This document shows positions 27,860-41,422 of a stretch of 64,000 nucleotides of DNA, in pieces. Origin of the DNA: the human T2T-CHM13v2.0 reference genome, Homo sapiens. The stretch lies in the NCBI RefSeq assembly GCF_009914755.1, contig NC_060932.1; one strand, given 5' to 3'. A program made the translations under genes and the position numbers. Position 1 is the first letter of the stretch, and every line of letters begins with the position of its first letter. The notes under the pieces are model-generated. The model was given only the letters and a program-made list of their open reading frames with translations. It was not told the origin of the DNA and ran no database searches.

Positions 27860-29074
27860 TCTTAACTGCTCTTCAAAGACAGCAAATACTCTAGCCCTAT
27901 CAATACTTTCAATTCTAACCTGAAACCAAGAATTCCTTTGTTTTTTTCCATGTTGTGTTCACTGAAGTCAAACTTCTAAGAATTGTACTTATCAGAAAGG
28001 TTTAGGAAGGGACTCACTCACAGAAACCTTGATAAGATCCAAAGGATTTCACTTGTGTTCCCTGCATTTTAAGTAATCACTTTCATAAACATCCCTCTCT
28101 GCCTACCACAAGCTAGAAAGCCACATTTTAGCAATTTTTGATATTAAACTTTCTGGTAGATACCAGAGGGAGAAGGACCAGCCTGGAGATGGCTTCACAC
28201 CTTGGCCTAGGGCCATACTGGTCAGAGGTACAAATCTGTTCCATCCCTGCCCTGCTGGCCACTAGGAGGGTCCTGAATAGGAATGGCTTGGGAATGCCAG
28301 AGGCTTTCCTAGAAAGAAGACTTGAGTCTGGATGTCAGAAAACATTCTCTTCAACTCTCCAGGATTGTGTTTTGAGGATTCTGACTTAGGCTGGGAAAGG
28401 TTTTATTTTATAAAGACAGCCCAGAGAGGTAACAGAGGCACCCAATGACACTAGTGGTTGGTCGTCGGTGAAGTGGGAAGATTAGAACTACTGCTTAAAT
28501 GGCAAATGCTGCTTCACATTGAGCATGAGGAGACCTGAAGTCACGTGTGGGTTTCTACCAGCACCAACCAGACTCACGCAGGTTTGTGACTGGGATACAT
28601 TCTGTATTTATGGGTATTCATGAAATTATCTAGTTTAAAATTAGGGTCAGTGATTATGATTTTAGTGGAACTCAGAGGCACTGAAGGTAAACTAGGCCAT
28701 CTTCAGAGCCTGTAGGAAGGCTGGCCATGTATCATACTTAGGCTCAGTGCTGCATCTGTAATCTGGTGACCTTACATGCTGTTTCTGGTATATGCTGAAA
28801 TATTCCAGAAGGGCTGAGATATTGTATCATTTATGGAAATATACATGGATTCCTATGAGGGAGTGTGTAAGGAAGGGAATGGAAAATTATGCTGTTGGTT
28901 AATCCCATAAAATATTTAATTGTTCTTCAATTCAAGAAACATTTACAGAGTACAACTATGACAAGATTTAGGGAGTTATAAAAAAATCTGAAGACAGTCT
29001 CAACAAACCAAGCAAAGTAAGATCCCTGAATCTGTGAAGCTCACATTTCTTTGCTGAAACAGGCACATAAACAA

Positions 29075-29320
29075 TAACAATAGCTACCATTTGTTGTACA
29101 CTTTACACATATCTATATTATGGGAATTATATATCTTTACTATATCTAATCCTCAAACTAGCCCAATGAGCTAAGTGCTATTACTATCCCCATTTATAGA
29201 CAAGGAAAGGGAAACAGAGGGTTAAGAACTTGTTCAAAGTCACAGGAAGGGTAAGTGGCAGGGTCATAATTCAAACTCATGCTGTCTGGCTCAAGAATCC
29301 AAGCTATTTATCACTACAGC
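29075..29320 (-). mobile_element. MIR
   Basis: tatccccatttatagacaaggaaa, gttaagaacttgttcaaagtcaca. Confidence 0.75.
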
Positions 29321-30268
29321 TCCTTCAGTTAAAATATAAGGGAGCATGATTATAATTGATCTCTTAAAAGCATAACAGAAAAGGTAGTACATGAATTAAA
29401 TTTTGCAAATGAATAAGACAATGACGGAATGGTATTAGGGAAAAGATTCCAAGGAGACACAACAGGAAGGAAAAGCTGTGGGGCATGGTCAAGGAAAGCT
29501 GAGTGGACTGACACAACTACAGTGTAAGGTACAGGAGGGAGACAGATCAGAAAGGCAGGCTGTAACCAGACTGTGGAGACCCTCAGTGCCAGGCTAAGGA
29601 AGGTGGTCCTTGGCTTTTAAAAATGCAATGAGAGGCCCAATGAGAAAGCTTTTGCTCAGAGAAATGATAGAATTACACCTGCAGAGATTCAGAAGAATAT
29701 AATGAACAGCAATGGGCAAAGCGGGAGTCAAGAGATTTATAGTTGGGTCCACTCCCTTCCCCCTGCCCTGAGAGAGACAGGTAGGACCTCATGATATGAA
29801 GAAGACATCGAGTCTTCTGGGGCAGCAGATAGTTTTATCTTCCAAGTCAGCTTTGACCAACTGATAGAGGCTTTCTGAAGGATGTTTGAAAGGTTCTTAG
29901 GCTGCGTCCAGGCTCAGGTAACAAGGTTTGAACCACCTGGCATGTCTGCCATGGGTACAGAAAAGGTCCTGCTGGCACATGTGTTATCTCTGCTCTGGAT
30001 GACAGCTACACCACTAACAACACTTCAGTTCTGCTCCCAAATTCTACCTTCTATGAACACCACTTGTGGCCCTTGAGTTTGTGCACACTACTATTCAGAA
30101 AGATCACTCCATATTTATTGAATTCTACTTTACCCTGTTCAGTGCTTAGAGTACTGCACATATTCATCACGTTTCACATAAATGGAACCTGTTTAAATGA
30201 TCCAGTTATGAGAATACTGAGGACTGAAAAAACAAATGAGACAAGATGCACCATCTAGGAATGCTCAC

Positions 30269-30369
30269 CTTTTTTGCTCCTTGTTCTTCTTCTACACCAT
30301 CTCCTATAACAACATACACCACTTTTCTTCCAAACCTTTGAATTATTCTCTCAAAACAGCTTTCTTTTC
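30269..30369 (-). CDS. EYA1: EYA1 coding exon (exon 17), 101 nt, (G)[33 protein letters not shown]
   Basis: Overlaps ORF 30206..30538; cactag acceptor, gtgagc donor; HAD motif III lysine and motif IV GDGxEE. Confidence 0.96.
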
Positions 30370-31911
30370 CTAGTGAACAAAAATAAATGATAGAAAATGT
30401 GAAGTTTGGGTAACCTAATGTGACAGTGCTTGAACTTTTTATATAAAATGCTTTCTTCATGCTCTGATTCGAATGCCCCACTAGTACCTCTAAGAGGAAT
30501 GCTTTTATGCCACTTGGGTTGTATGTGCCACAGCACAATAAATTACAAAGTAAATTAATTAGCAGTGTGGTGTCCTGTCCTTTGGAAATTGATAGTTAAA
30601 TACTCTCTTCCCAAGGACTCATTTATTAAAAAATGGAATCTAGTCAATCACAGCATTGCAATTGGGGTGGTGGGGGAAAGTACTGTTTTGCAGTCGGACT
30701 TCTTTTTCCCCCTATATATAAGCTGAACTCAAACATAGGCAATTCTGGCAACATATTTTAACTTGATTTTAAAAAGTTTTTTCTTCATATATCAAACTTT
30801 GAAAATATCTGATCCAAAGACTATTGAGAATGATAAAAAATAACTGGACTTGTTTTTGTTCTAGCAAGAAAACGCAAACATCGGAATTAGCTTATTCCTT
30901 CATTTTCAGGTTGAATTAAAGACCCTGAAAGTCTGATGTAGTCTTGTAAAACTCCTTCTCAAATAAATGTCAGATAATTTGAGGTAGTGCAGCAAGATGG
31001 TACCTGCCTTACCCAGGCATCTAATGTTCAATGAAGCACTTTCCTGGAGGAAAACTGGAATAAAGGTAATAGAATACCCTTATCTGTCTATTATCTTTCC
31101 CGTGTCATGACTTAGTTTGGGCTCCTGTGGTGGCTACACTGTCAGCACATTCCCACAGTTAATGCAAGCATTGTTTCTTCTCAGAGAAGAAACTGGTGTT
31201 CCAACTCTTGGACTGCCAATAGGGTCATTTTAATGGACAATGGGACAGTTTATAGTTTTCAAATGTGAATGGCTGAGCGAAGCCTGCACCTCTTTCAAAT
31301 AAGGATCAGATATACACATGAACAAATTGCTTGTTTGCTTAAACAAATGTCTGCTTTATATTTGTATTTTGCACTAAAATCTCTAGTTTGCATCTGACAC
31401 AATGAAATAGAGCTAGCCTTATTCAAAGATGCAATTTAAATGCCTCTTTAGTTGTCCACTAAACTGTGAAATATTAAATCACTTTAAGAAGCAAATGCAA
31501 AGTATAGTCTTCACTGCAAAAATATACAACCAAAAACTTCGATGTCATGAAAGTTTTTTCTCTCCTTACGGGGAAATGCTTATGCGTTTTTGCAAAGTTT
31601 CCCTCTTGTGGAAAAAGGAAGGTAAATTCAATGTAATTTAAAGATGAAGTTGTGGTAGACCAAAAAAATCCTTGCCTATATACTATCTATCTCCTATTGG
31701 GCTCATTGCCAATTTGGGGTCATGTAGAAATTTTTCACAATAGAGGTTAAGAAAATGAAGCTTAGATTTTAGAAGTTAACTATTAGTTTTATATGAAGTA
31801 TTCATTTTGATGAGTCCATTTTGTCTGAAAGGTCATCATAGCTCTGCCAACTGAGATACCAGTCATCTCCTCCTATGACTTTAGCATTTTGCCTACAATA
31901 AAAATTACTGG

Positions 31912-32194
31912 GGCCAGGCATAGTGGTTCACACCTGTAATCCCAGCACTTTGGAAGGCCAAGGCAGATCACCTGAGGTCAGGAGTCTGAGACCAGCCTGG
32001 CTAACATGGAGAAACCCCGTCTCTACTAAAAATACAAAAATTAGCTGGGCATGGTGGTGTGTGCCTGTAATCCCAGCTACCTGGGGAGGCTGAGGCAGGA
32101 GAATCACTTGAACCCAGGAGGCACAGGCTGAGATGGTGCCACTGTACTCCAGCCTAGGTGACAGAACAAGACTCCATGCCAAAAGAAAAAAAAA
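31912..32194 (+). mobile_element. Alu, AluS-like, small right-arm deletion
   Basis: Dimer with A tail; flanking aaaaatt(a/g)ctgg. Confidence 0.93.
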
Positions 32195-34476
32195 ATTGCT
32201 GGGTTTTCTGCATTGATTCCCCACATATACCTTATTTGATGGTGAAATCCTACTTCCACCACCACATATTTTTTTTCTGTATTGAAAAAAAAATAAAGCT
32301 TAATATTTTAAACAAAATGCCCATTAGAAAAACAATGCTTACTGGATTGTAATTTCCTGTTATCATTTTCAAATTATTTGGGATTAAACTTCAATGCACA
32401 TGCTATGTAATACACTACTCCTGCTTTCTTTCTGAGAACCTAAGCTCTACCCGCTTCTGTACTATGGGCTGCTTCGGCATTTGTTCCAACTTTCATGTGC
32501 TGGTAAACCTTTTCCACAATCCCTGTTTACAACACAATATAATTATAATTCCTCTTAATTGATATAGATGAAAATAGAATTAACATGTGACTTAAACTGT
32601 TTGCTATTTTTATGGAACATGAAAGCACATAAAAGTTCTGGTTATAATGGGCTACTAGGAATTTTACTCTATTTGATATATTTCTTGCTTTTTGATATTT
32701 TCCAACAATTTGTTCTTGGCCCTTCTTGGGAAGCATCAGTCATTCTCAAACTCCAGATATGTATTTCTAACTTGAAAGGTTAGCCTGGATGAATCCCATC
32801 AGCACCCTGCTGACTGTGTCTTTCTGCCATTGATTGAAGACCCCACTGGGTCTCTTCCAATGCAACACTGATAAAAATAAAACCTGATTTCCCCATCAGT
32901 TAATTGTGCCGCTATTGACGCACGTGCCTAAAAGAAATCTTGTGTCGGCCTTCTTCAAAATAAATGGTAATTTATTCAGCCATTCATTCAACAAATTCAT
33001 CTCTACATTTATTGATACCTACTGTGTGCTGGGTGTTACAGCTACTATGACGAGCAAGAGAGACAAACCCAGTCCTCAAGATTATTACAGTATGACGGGG
33101 AAGTCATACTATGAACAAATAATTATAAAAGTCAGTAATTTTTTAGTAATCATTTAGTAAATGCTTTGAAGGAGAAGCACAGGAAGTGTAAAAGTGCAGG
33201 CAAACGGAAGTTAGACCTACAGGGATTCCATTTTTGCCCCTTTTTATTATATGGAGTCGAGCAGCCAAAGACAGCCCTCTTGCCACCTGCTAGAATGCTC
33301 ATACCCCTTCCCCTGGACTAAAATAACATTCCTCTCCTTAGGGTGATATACAACGCCATTCATGCCTAGACCCAAGTATACCTTTTCAGCTTTGGCTTCT
33401 AATGAGCACTGCATACTAGCTACCCAGGGCCACTCACAAGTCCCTCAGCAGGGAACACATTTTAATTTCTCTGTCCATTTGCATTGTTCTCACTAGCCCA
33501 TCTACCTGTTGAACTCTTACTTGCTCTTCTATACCCAGATCAAATGTCATTTCTTCCCTTTAGCTTTCACACTTTCATAGACACTTGGCCTCTACCTCTT
33601 CCTGGGTGGCAGTAAATGCTTCCTCAGTCATGTGCACATTCAAGCACTTAGCAATAGGACCCTGTAGGATACAGCAAGGGGTCTGGACCTTGGAATCAGA
33701 GAAACATGAGGCTTGAGCCTTGTGTTTGTGAACTATTGATTGCAACAATTTACTTAAGTCTCTGGACTTTAGTTTCCTCATTTGTAAAATGGAAAGATTA
33801 TAAAGATTGACTTTAAATGCAAAATGCTTAGTACAGTTCAGGGCATCTAGTAGACAACTAAAAAATGCTCATTTGCATACTCTTGTATCATATTGGATTG
33901 TCATGTAACTGTCTGCTTCCCCTGAGAACAAGAGCCATGTCTTTTTATTCCTATGTTGATTCTGCCTTGATTTATATTCTAACTAAATTTCATAAGTATT
34001 TTCCTCCCAACTATGTTTCTTTCATGCAAGAAGCTTTTAAATCTCCACAACAAAAATGGAAACTCAATTGATTATACAGATTGAATGAAAAACAAAACAA
34101 ATATTTCTAGTAATAAATCTGTTATTAGAGTTGTTTCATTTCTACTTTTTATAATTTTATCTTGCTGTTTGTTTTAGCTTAGAAAATCAGATATTTTTGT
34201 TAATGTTGCCTAAAAGGATAAAAATATGATAATAATCCAGAATCGATGCTGTTACTCTACCTAAAATGCCCTGGTCTTAACGTTAGCCAGTCAAGTAAAA
34301 TTTTGTGACTTCAGCTACTGTATTATGCTTTATGTTTCTCTTACGTCTAAATCCAGTTTTGCAAATTGGTTAAATTATTCTTGTATTTTTTTTTTGACCT
34401 ATGTAGCATTCTGGAAAAAAAGTTTCATTTATTGCCTTTCATTTTTATTATCCTGAAGGAAAAGAGCTGATTGTTA

Positions 34477-34722
<246 letters not shown>

Positions 34723-34725
34723 TCA

Positions 34726-34914
<189 letters not shown>

Positions 34915-35009
34915 TTAAAAAGTACTATGAATACCAGCCTCCAGATTTATAGTATACAAAGTATCTTTCACATAGTACCATTCATTTGACAAGTATTTAT
35001 TTGGTTTGG

Positions 35010-35445
35010 TTACAGAAGTCATCTCTTTTTAGGGAACCTACTTTCCTACATTCCTCTAAGTGTAGTTTGGGCAGAGGTGACTCCACCTTCTGGCTCCCAG
35101 GGTAGGTGTGCAGCATTCACTTGGCCAGTGGAAGTCAGTCTTGGAACTTTTGCTGAATCTATTAGGAAATGATAGATTCCCTCCCCTCATGGATGTGCCA
35201 AACTACTGGTAGAGTATAAAGCTGGATCTACTGGTGGTCATTTTGCCACCTCTTGGGAGGGACTGACCTAGAAAGGCCTTTATCCAAAGGAAGGCACAGG
35301 CTTCCCCGACAGCATCATTTCAGCATCTGCATATAGCCATGCTGGAAACCAACCACACCCCTAAACTTTTTATTATTAAGTCACTGTATTTCCTTTTCAT
35401 GCTAAAGCCATTATGAACCAAAGTCAAAAGATTCAAACTAATCCA
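35010..35445 (+). mobile_element. Possible old MaLR (MLT1-like) LTR in intron 14
   Basis: ggtggtcattttgccacc, acccctaaactttt, tttccttttcatgctaaagcca resemble MLT1; degenerate. Confidence 0.45.
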
Positions 35446-35501
35446 AGTATTTACCCTGTAGGAGGAGATTTACAACCCATCTTGTGATTTGGGCAGAGGT
35501 G

Positions 35502-35543
35502 GCTAATTCTTCGAAGGATGCTAATTCTTCGAAGGATGCTAAT
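35502..35543. repeat. 18-bp tandem duplication gctaattcttcgaaggat x2.3
   Basis: Seen directly. Confidence 0.95.
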
Positions 35544-35817
35544 CCTTCCTTGAAAGGACAACTGAATGTCAGAGAGGTCAGGAAACTTGCCCCAGGTCAC
35601 ATCACTAGGTAACAGAGACAGGACTAGACTGGAATAGCCAGGGCAGCTGGCTCCAGTGCAATATTTCTGTCACTAAATCACAGCAGAATAATGGCCAGTG
35701 AGATGAAACTGCCCAAATAGAAGCTATTATATTCAAAGCAGTGTGACACAAAAGTGTACAGTACTTTTGAAATTGTATCTGGACTGTCTTAACTTGCTGA
35801 GGTACTGGTGGTAATCA

Positions 35818-36036
<219 letters not shown>

Positions 36037-36095
36037 TTAGGTAAGTAATTAAACTATAAAAGGGAGATGGTCACTTCACATTCAAGGGTGCTCAC

Positions 36096-36154
36096 CTTAG
36101 GTCCTGTCCGTTATCATCTGAAGAAACATCATCTATATGGACTTGGTCACATTC
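36096..36154 (-). CDS. EYA1: EYA1 coding exon (exon 13), 59 nt, ECDQVHIDDVSSDDNGQDL(S)
   Basis: ttttag acceptor, gtgag donor; conserved Eya-domain peptide; frame continues into 35983. Confidence 0.96.
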
Positions 36155-36712
36155 CTAAAATGCAATTAAAATGATACATGTCAATTTTTTAAGAGTACCT
36201 AATTTTTTTGTTTTGTTTTGGAAAAACCATACATATTTTTTAAAGCACCTTAATTGGAGGATTTTTCAACTATGTCAATCAGTAGGTGGCAGTCTTGTAA
36301 AATTGACATTTTTACCTACTTAGGGTCCTCTCCTGTAAGAAAGAAGCAACATCGTTAAGGACTACTGTTATTCAGCTTCAGAAAACACATTTTTGTGTTT
36401 AGAAAGGAAAGTGATTGAAAACAATTAGCATATGTGTTCCATAAACCTCAGGTACCTTAAGCCATCATGCTGCTCAGAGCTGATTCAGTCAGTGCCTAAG
36501 CATAACTGAAACCAGACATTTTGGTAAATGTAACATGCTAGAAAAATTAAACCTGATGCTAACTGCCAATGAAATTATGACCTCTGATTGCTGTTGAGCC
36601 ACACACCAACACAGCCTGAGGCCAGTGTGTTGAGGAGCCCAGACAAAAAATCTGTTACTGGTTTCCATTTATTTGAGAGATGTGAGTTTTATCCTCCCTC
36701 TTTCTCTCTCTC

Positions 36713-36748
36713 TGTGTACGTGTGTGTGTGTGTGTACACATGTGCACG
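36713..36748. repeat. 36-bp alternating purine-pyrimidine, (TG)n-rich tract
   Basis: tgtgtacgtgtgtgtgtgtgtgtacacatgtgcacg. Confidence 0.9.
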
Positions 36749-39700
36749 GTAAAAACCATGGGAGACTTTAAAACCTAAATAAAAATAGTCAAACCATGTG
36801 CTTGTTTGCTGTTTAGTTTTTTTTACATTTTTTGTGTTATTTTTAGCTGTTTTACTATTATTACATATTCACTGGATTTATGAGTTTATTATGGCATAAT
36901 GTTATTTTGAACAGATCTTATTTTTAAATCCCAAACTGTGTAAACTACTTAGAATAGGAAGCCATGCTTACAGGCTAAAGCTCTATTGGGCCCAGTTAAC
37001 GTTTCTGCACCTGTTTGCAGATATATCGGAGCACCCATATATCTTAACCACCGTATCCCCAGATGAATTGTGGGAAGAACAGGCACTCAATAAACATTTG
37101 TTGAATGAATGAAGGCATATTAATTTGGAGGCAGACAAGGACTCTAGTCCAGAAACTTAACACCCCCACTTGGCTGCTTTCATATTTCAGTCATGTTCCT
37201 CTCTTTGCAGTCAGGCTCCAAATACCCCAGAGGCCTTTATTGTACTTATTTCCATTAAAGTTTTAGTTTAAAAATATTATTAAAAGAAATTTCCAGGCGC
37301 ACATCCTGTATTTTAAAAGGTTCTTTTTGACTGAAGGTCTGGTCATGTTTCAGATAGAGTTAATTTTATAAAATCTAGCCCATCTCTCTAGCACTTAGAC
37401 TCAACTTCATAACAAAGATGACACTTAGAAAGCACTATAATAATAGAAGGTATATTTTTATGTTGCCGGTCCCTTCTGAACAAACTCTTCTCTCTCCATG
37501 GATTTGTGAGGAAGGGAGGAGGAGATAGAAGTGGAAAGAAACTCAAACCAGCTGTTCCTTAACAGAATTAAAATCGTGACCCCCAACCTCTTCTCTAAAG
37601 CATCTATTTTCCAGGCAGCCCTCTCCCAGCACGCAGCAAGTTCCAAGGAGGAAAAGACTTTGACCTTGTAACCCTCCCCTGCTCTCCTGAGGTCCATAAC
37701 CTCAGATAAGAGAAAAGGAAAAGCAAGTCTAGGAGCCCTCACATGCTGACTGTGAATTTAACATTTTAAAAACAGGTCATTCTTGGAAAACGTGGTTGGG
37801 AACTTCTCATTTATTAATGTAATCTTATTTTAGAAGATGAATGATGATCGCTTGTGTTTTCGACAACATACTAAATCCTGAGTAGAAATTTCTGATATTT
37901 AACCAGGAATGTAATTTTTATGTTGTAAAACTTCTTTAGAGCGTGTGGTTAGCGTTGGGGGTGGGGGGAGAGGGGAAGGCCATAGCGCCATGATGGAGAA
38001 ATTTTCTCTCTTGGGAGAATGAACAAAAAGGAGGAGGAAGTTGAGGAACTAGTAGAAGAGGAAAATGTATGTTCAAAAGAATTTAATTCAAGGAATCAAA
38101 ACTGACCTGGAATTCCCTGGTTCCCTCTAAGGGTGGAAAGAGTTTTTTGAAAAAGCAGGGTGTTAAGATGCTTTTCTGAAGCGAATTTAGCTGTAAATCC
38201 TCATTACTAACAGAGAAGGCAGTTATCCTCTAACAGCTGTGAACGACCCCATTGTTGCTATTGTTCTTCCACATCCTGTATTTGTTTTCTCCTGCCAGCT
38301 TCATTTAAAACGTTTTGTTCCCAAGCTGAGGACTTCATTTGAAGTATTGTTCAATCTCTAGCTTAGCTCTTAGTGTCAACACCTTCAAGCTTTTACCTGC
38401 AGATAGCAAACTCACTTCACAGTGACTTGATTAAAGCAAAGTTCGGAGTAGTGACAAGGAAATCCTCATTCCTCATCAGAATTTCTGTAGAATGATTTTA
38501 ATTAAAAGAGATTTAAAAATCAAGAGTAATCTCTAAGGGGCCTCATCAGCACCTCCAGGAATGAAAAAAAAATCATTAAAATGTCTATGTAAAATGTGTC
38601 TATGTAATTGTTGCTTATTTCACTTAATGAATAGAAAAATACTATATTGTACAAACTTCAAATACATAAAATACATACTGAGGGTTCATTATCTGTGTCT
38701 TTGTAGGAACTTACAAATAATGACATAAAATGCCTTGGGAGGTATGTTTTTAAAAAATTGTTTTAAATCTTAAGGAGAAACTATAATATTGCTATCTAAA
38801 TGCTTACTTATTAACATTTTAATTCATGAAAGAATGAGGAATATTAAGATACTGCAATATTCCACAGCAGAACTGCACAATGTGTTAACCTGTTGTAAGT
38901 CCAGCAGCTCTCAAATGAGAAACTGAAGTCTCCCATCAGATATCCTGAAACTCAGCCTCTTCTGTGGGGAGAAACTTTCCTTCTACCATTTCTCAGACAC
39001 CATCTATCTAGCTTTTTGTCTTCCTAAGAGCCAAATTTTAGGTTGTCATTTTTGCCTTCTGGACTAGGTTGTTTTTAGCTTCCAAATTTGTTTAAAACCC
39101 AGACAATGAGATAACTGAGGGAGGGTGCAGGGCCTGATTTCAGAGTCCATGGCTTAGGCAGAAGGGGCTCTGGGCACCGTGAACCAACAGCAGCAACCTG
39201 GTTTAAAGCTCTCCTGGAAGAATCTACTGACAAAGACAAAAATGGAAGCTTAATATATTTCCAGGTGCCAATATATATTCCTAAAAACCCTAATTTGGTG
39301 TTCAGTAGAGTACAGAACATACATAATTCTATGGGAAAATAAGTTTTTATTCCAAAAACAGACTAAACGTGCTGAAAATGTACTTTTGAAATACACGACC
39401 AAAATTATGTGATAGACTTTTAAGGTGATGAAATCATTATTGAATCCAAATCTTGGGACAGCATTCACATTTCTAGGGGCCACTCCAGTTCAGCATATTT
39501 TATGCGCTAATCTGTAGTGGAAGGGTCTGAGATGCCCAGGGGATCCCTGCTGTGTTTGGGGATCTGGCCTGGGACCTCAGAGAAGACAGAGATAGTGATT
39601 TCAAGGACTCCTGAAAGATTTTGCACTCACAGTAAACTAATGGGTATCTTAGCTTAGAAAGGTGGTCATTCATGTACGTGTCAAATTATTAAGAGGCTGC

Positions 39701-40732
39701 TGTGTTCCAGGTAGTGTTTCAGATGCTAATGATACAGCGCTTAATACAACAGACAAAAGTCCTTACTGCCTTGAAACTAACATTCTAGTTAGTCACAAAC
39801 GAGAAAATATGTAAAATGTACATATGCTGGATAGTGTTAAGTGCTAAGGAAACAAAAAAGTAGATGAGGGAGAAATGCAATGCCAAGTGGGTGTGAGGGA
39901 AAGAGTTTTCCAGGCAAATAAAAGAGCAAGTTCAAAGGCCCTGAGGCAGGAGAACACTGGTGTAAGGAGGTAGGAGGAAGGAGCCAGGAGAGGGCAGAGG
40001 AGGAGAAGAGTTCCCTGTGCCTGCAGATCCCAGCAAGGAGCAGGCTTTGCCAAGGAAGCAGTGGTCAAGTTATCAGTCCTTGCCCTCAAGGCACTTACAT
40101 GGTTATGGGGGAAAGAGAGAAGTTAACTAACTACACGTGATAATTAAAATCATGGTAAATCCTGCAGAACTTCCCTAGGATCCAAATGAACATCGTCCTA
40201 CATTCTATTTAGCCAGAGAGAGTTGCAAAGGTCTGAAGAATTAAAATTATATTTTGGTACATCAGGAGGGACAGCCTGGTCCACCGCTTGTCCTTGTGGC
40301 TTTTGTGATTGAAACAATCAAACCGATAAAATGGTGGCCTACTGGAGATGGTTCCTAACAACTGAACTGTGGTGACAGGAACAAAACAGCTTATTGGTCC
40401 CAGACTATCCATGCTGGACCTCTACCTTCAAATGGCAGTGAGGTGGGGTGGGATGGGGCGGGGAAGGTACAAAGGAACCCCGGGGGCTTAGTGACCAGGC
40501 CTCAGAGAGGTGAGGGGAAGCCTTTGAAGACATGTTTCTTTCACCCCCAAGTCACAGATGTGAGAACTGATATGGGAGTTGGAAAGGGATCAAGACGTGG
40601 GAAGAGAGTAATTTTTTGTTAATGGCTTTCCCAAAGGGATGAAAAATTCAACATGTTTGCATAAGGGCTCAGAAACAAGTCAGCAGTAGAGGAATATATA
40701 ATAAACATTTCTATTTAGCCAATTTTCCCATA

Positions 40733-41422
40733 CAGGTAGTTAGCCATGAGCCGGGGCAGGAGAGGGCTCTTCGCCACCCACTAGGAATGTCGGGTGATGG
40801 TCTGGCAATTATCACATTGTCTCTCTAAAAGTGATAAATTGGCAGCCAATGCCAGGGAGAGGCCATTTCCTGATGGTCCACACCTGTTGCACTAAATGTT
40901 AACTGAATGCAGGCACCAGGGTCCCTGGGCATGCACATTAAGAGACCTAATGGCAGAGTATGACCTTCTGGGGGCACTCCACTGGAAAAGGGAAGAAAGC
41001 CTCAGATAGACATGCGTGCAGCTTCCTAAACACACTGCACAGGCTCAGTTCCCAAGGGTAAGGGGGGCAATGCACATGCCGGCAGCCCACCCTAAGGGAA
41101 GATGCATGGGAACGGGGCGAGCATATAAAGTCCTAGGATCAAGGTTAAACACCGCACTTGACCAAGATGCCTGCTTGGGTCTCTTCCAAGTGCAGTTTCC
41201 TTTTTTCTTGTTCTAAAGCCTTTTTCAGAAAACTTCCACTCCTGCTCTGAAATTTGCCTCAGTCTCTCTTTCTGCCTCATGCCCCCCAGTTGAATTCTTT
41301 CTTCTGAGGAGGTAAGAATTGAGGTTGCTGCAGACCATAGGGATTCACTGCTGGTAACTCGGATACCTTCCACTGGTAACATATTTGGTGCCGTGTGACT
41401 CAGGTATTTGCCACTGGTAACA
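40733..41422 (+). mobile_element. ERV1 LTR, MER50-like, antisense in EYA1 intron 12
   Basis: Recalled MER50-type sequence; TATAAA near 41124; 3' CA end; PBS-like TGGTGCCGTG at 41386. 5' end and TSD unclear. Confidence 0.75.

Noticed and set aside
30206-30538. 110-aa ORF as a stand-alone gene
   Set aside because: Only 30269-30369 is exonic; the rest is intron read-through. The same applies to ORFs at 34474, 34723 and 35815.
32466-32482. gcttcggca resembling the U6 snRNA 5' end
   Set aside because: Match does not extend; no RNA gene or pseudogene supported.
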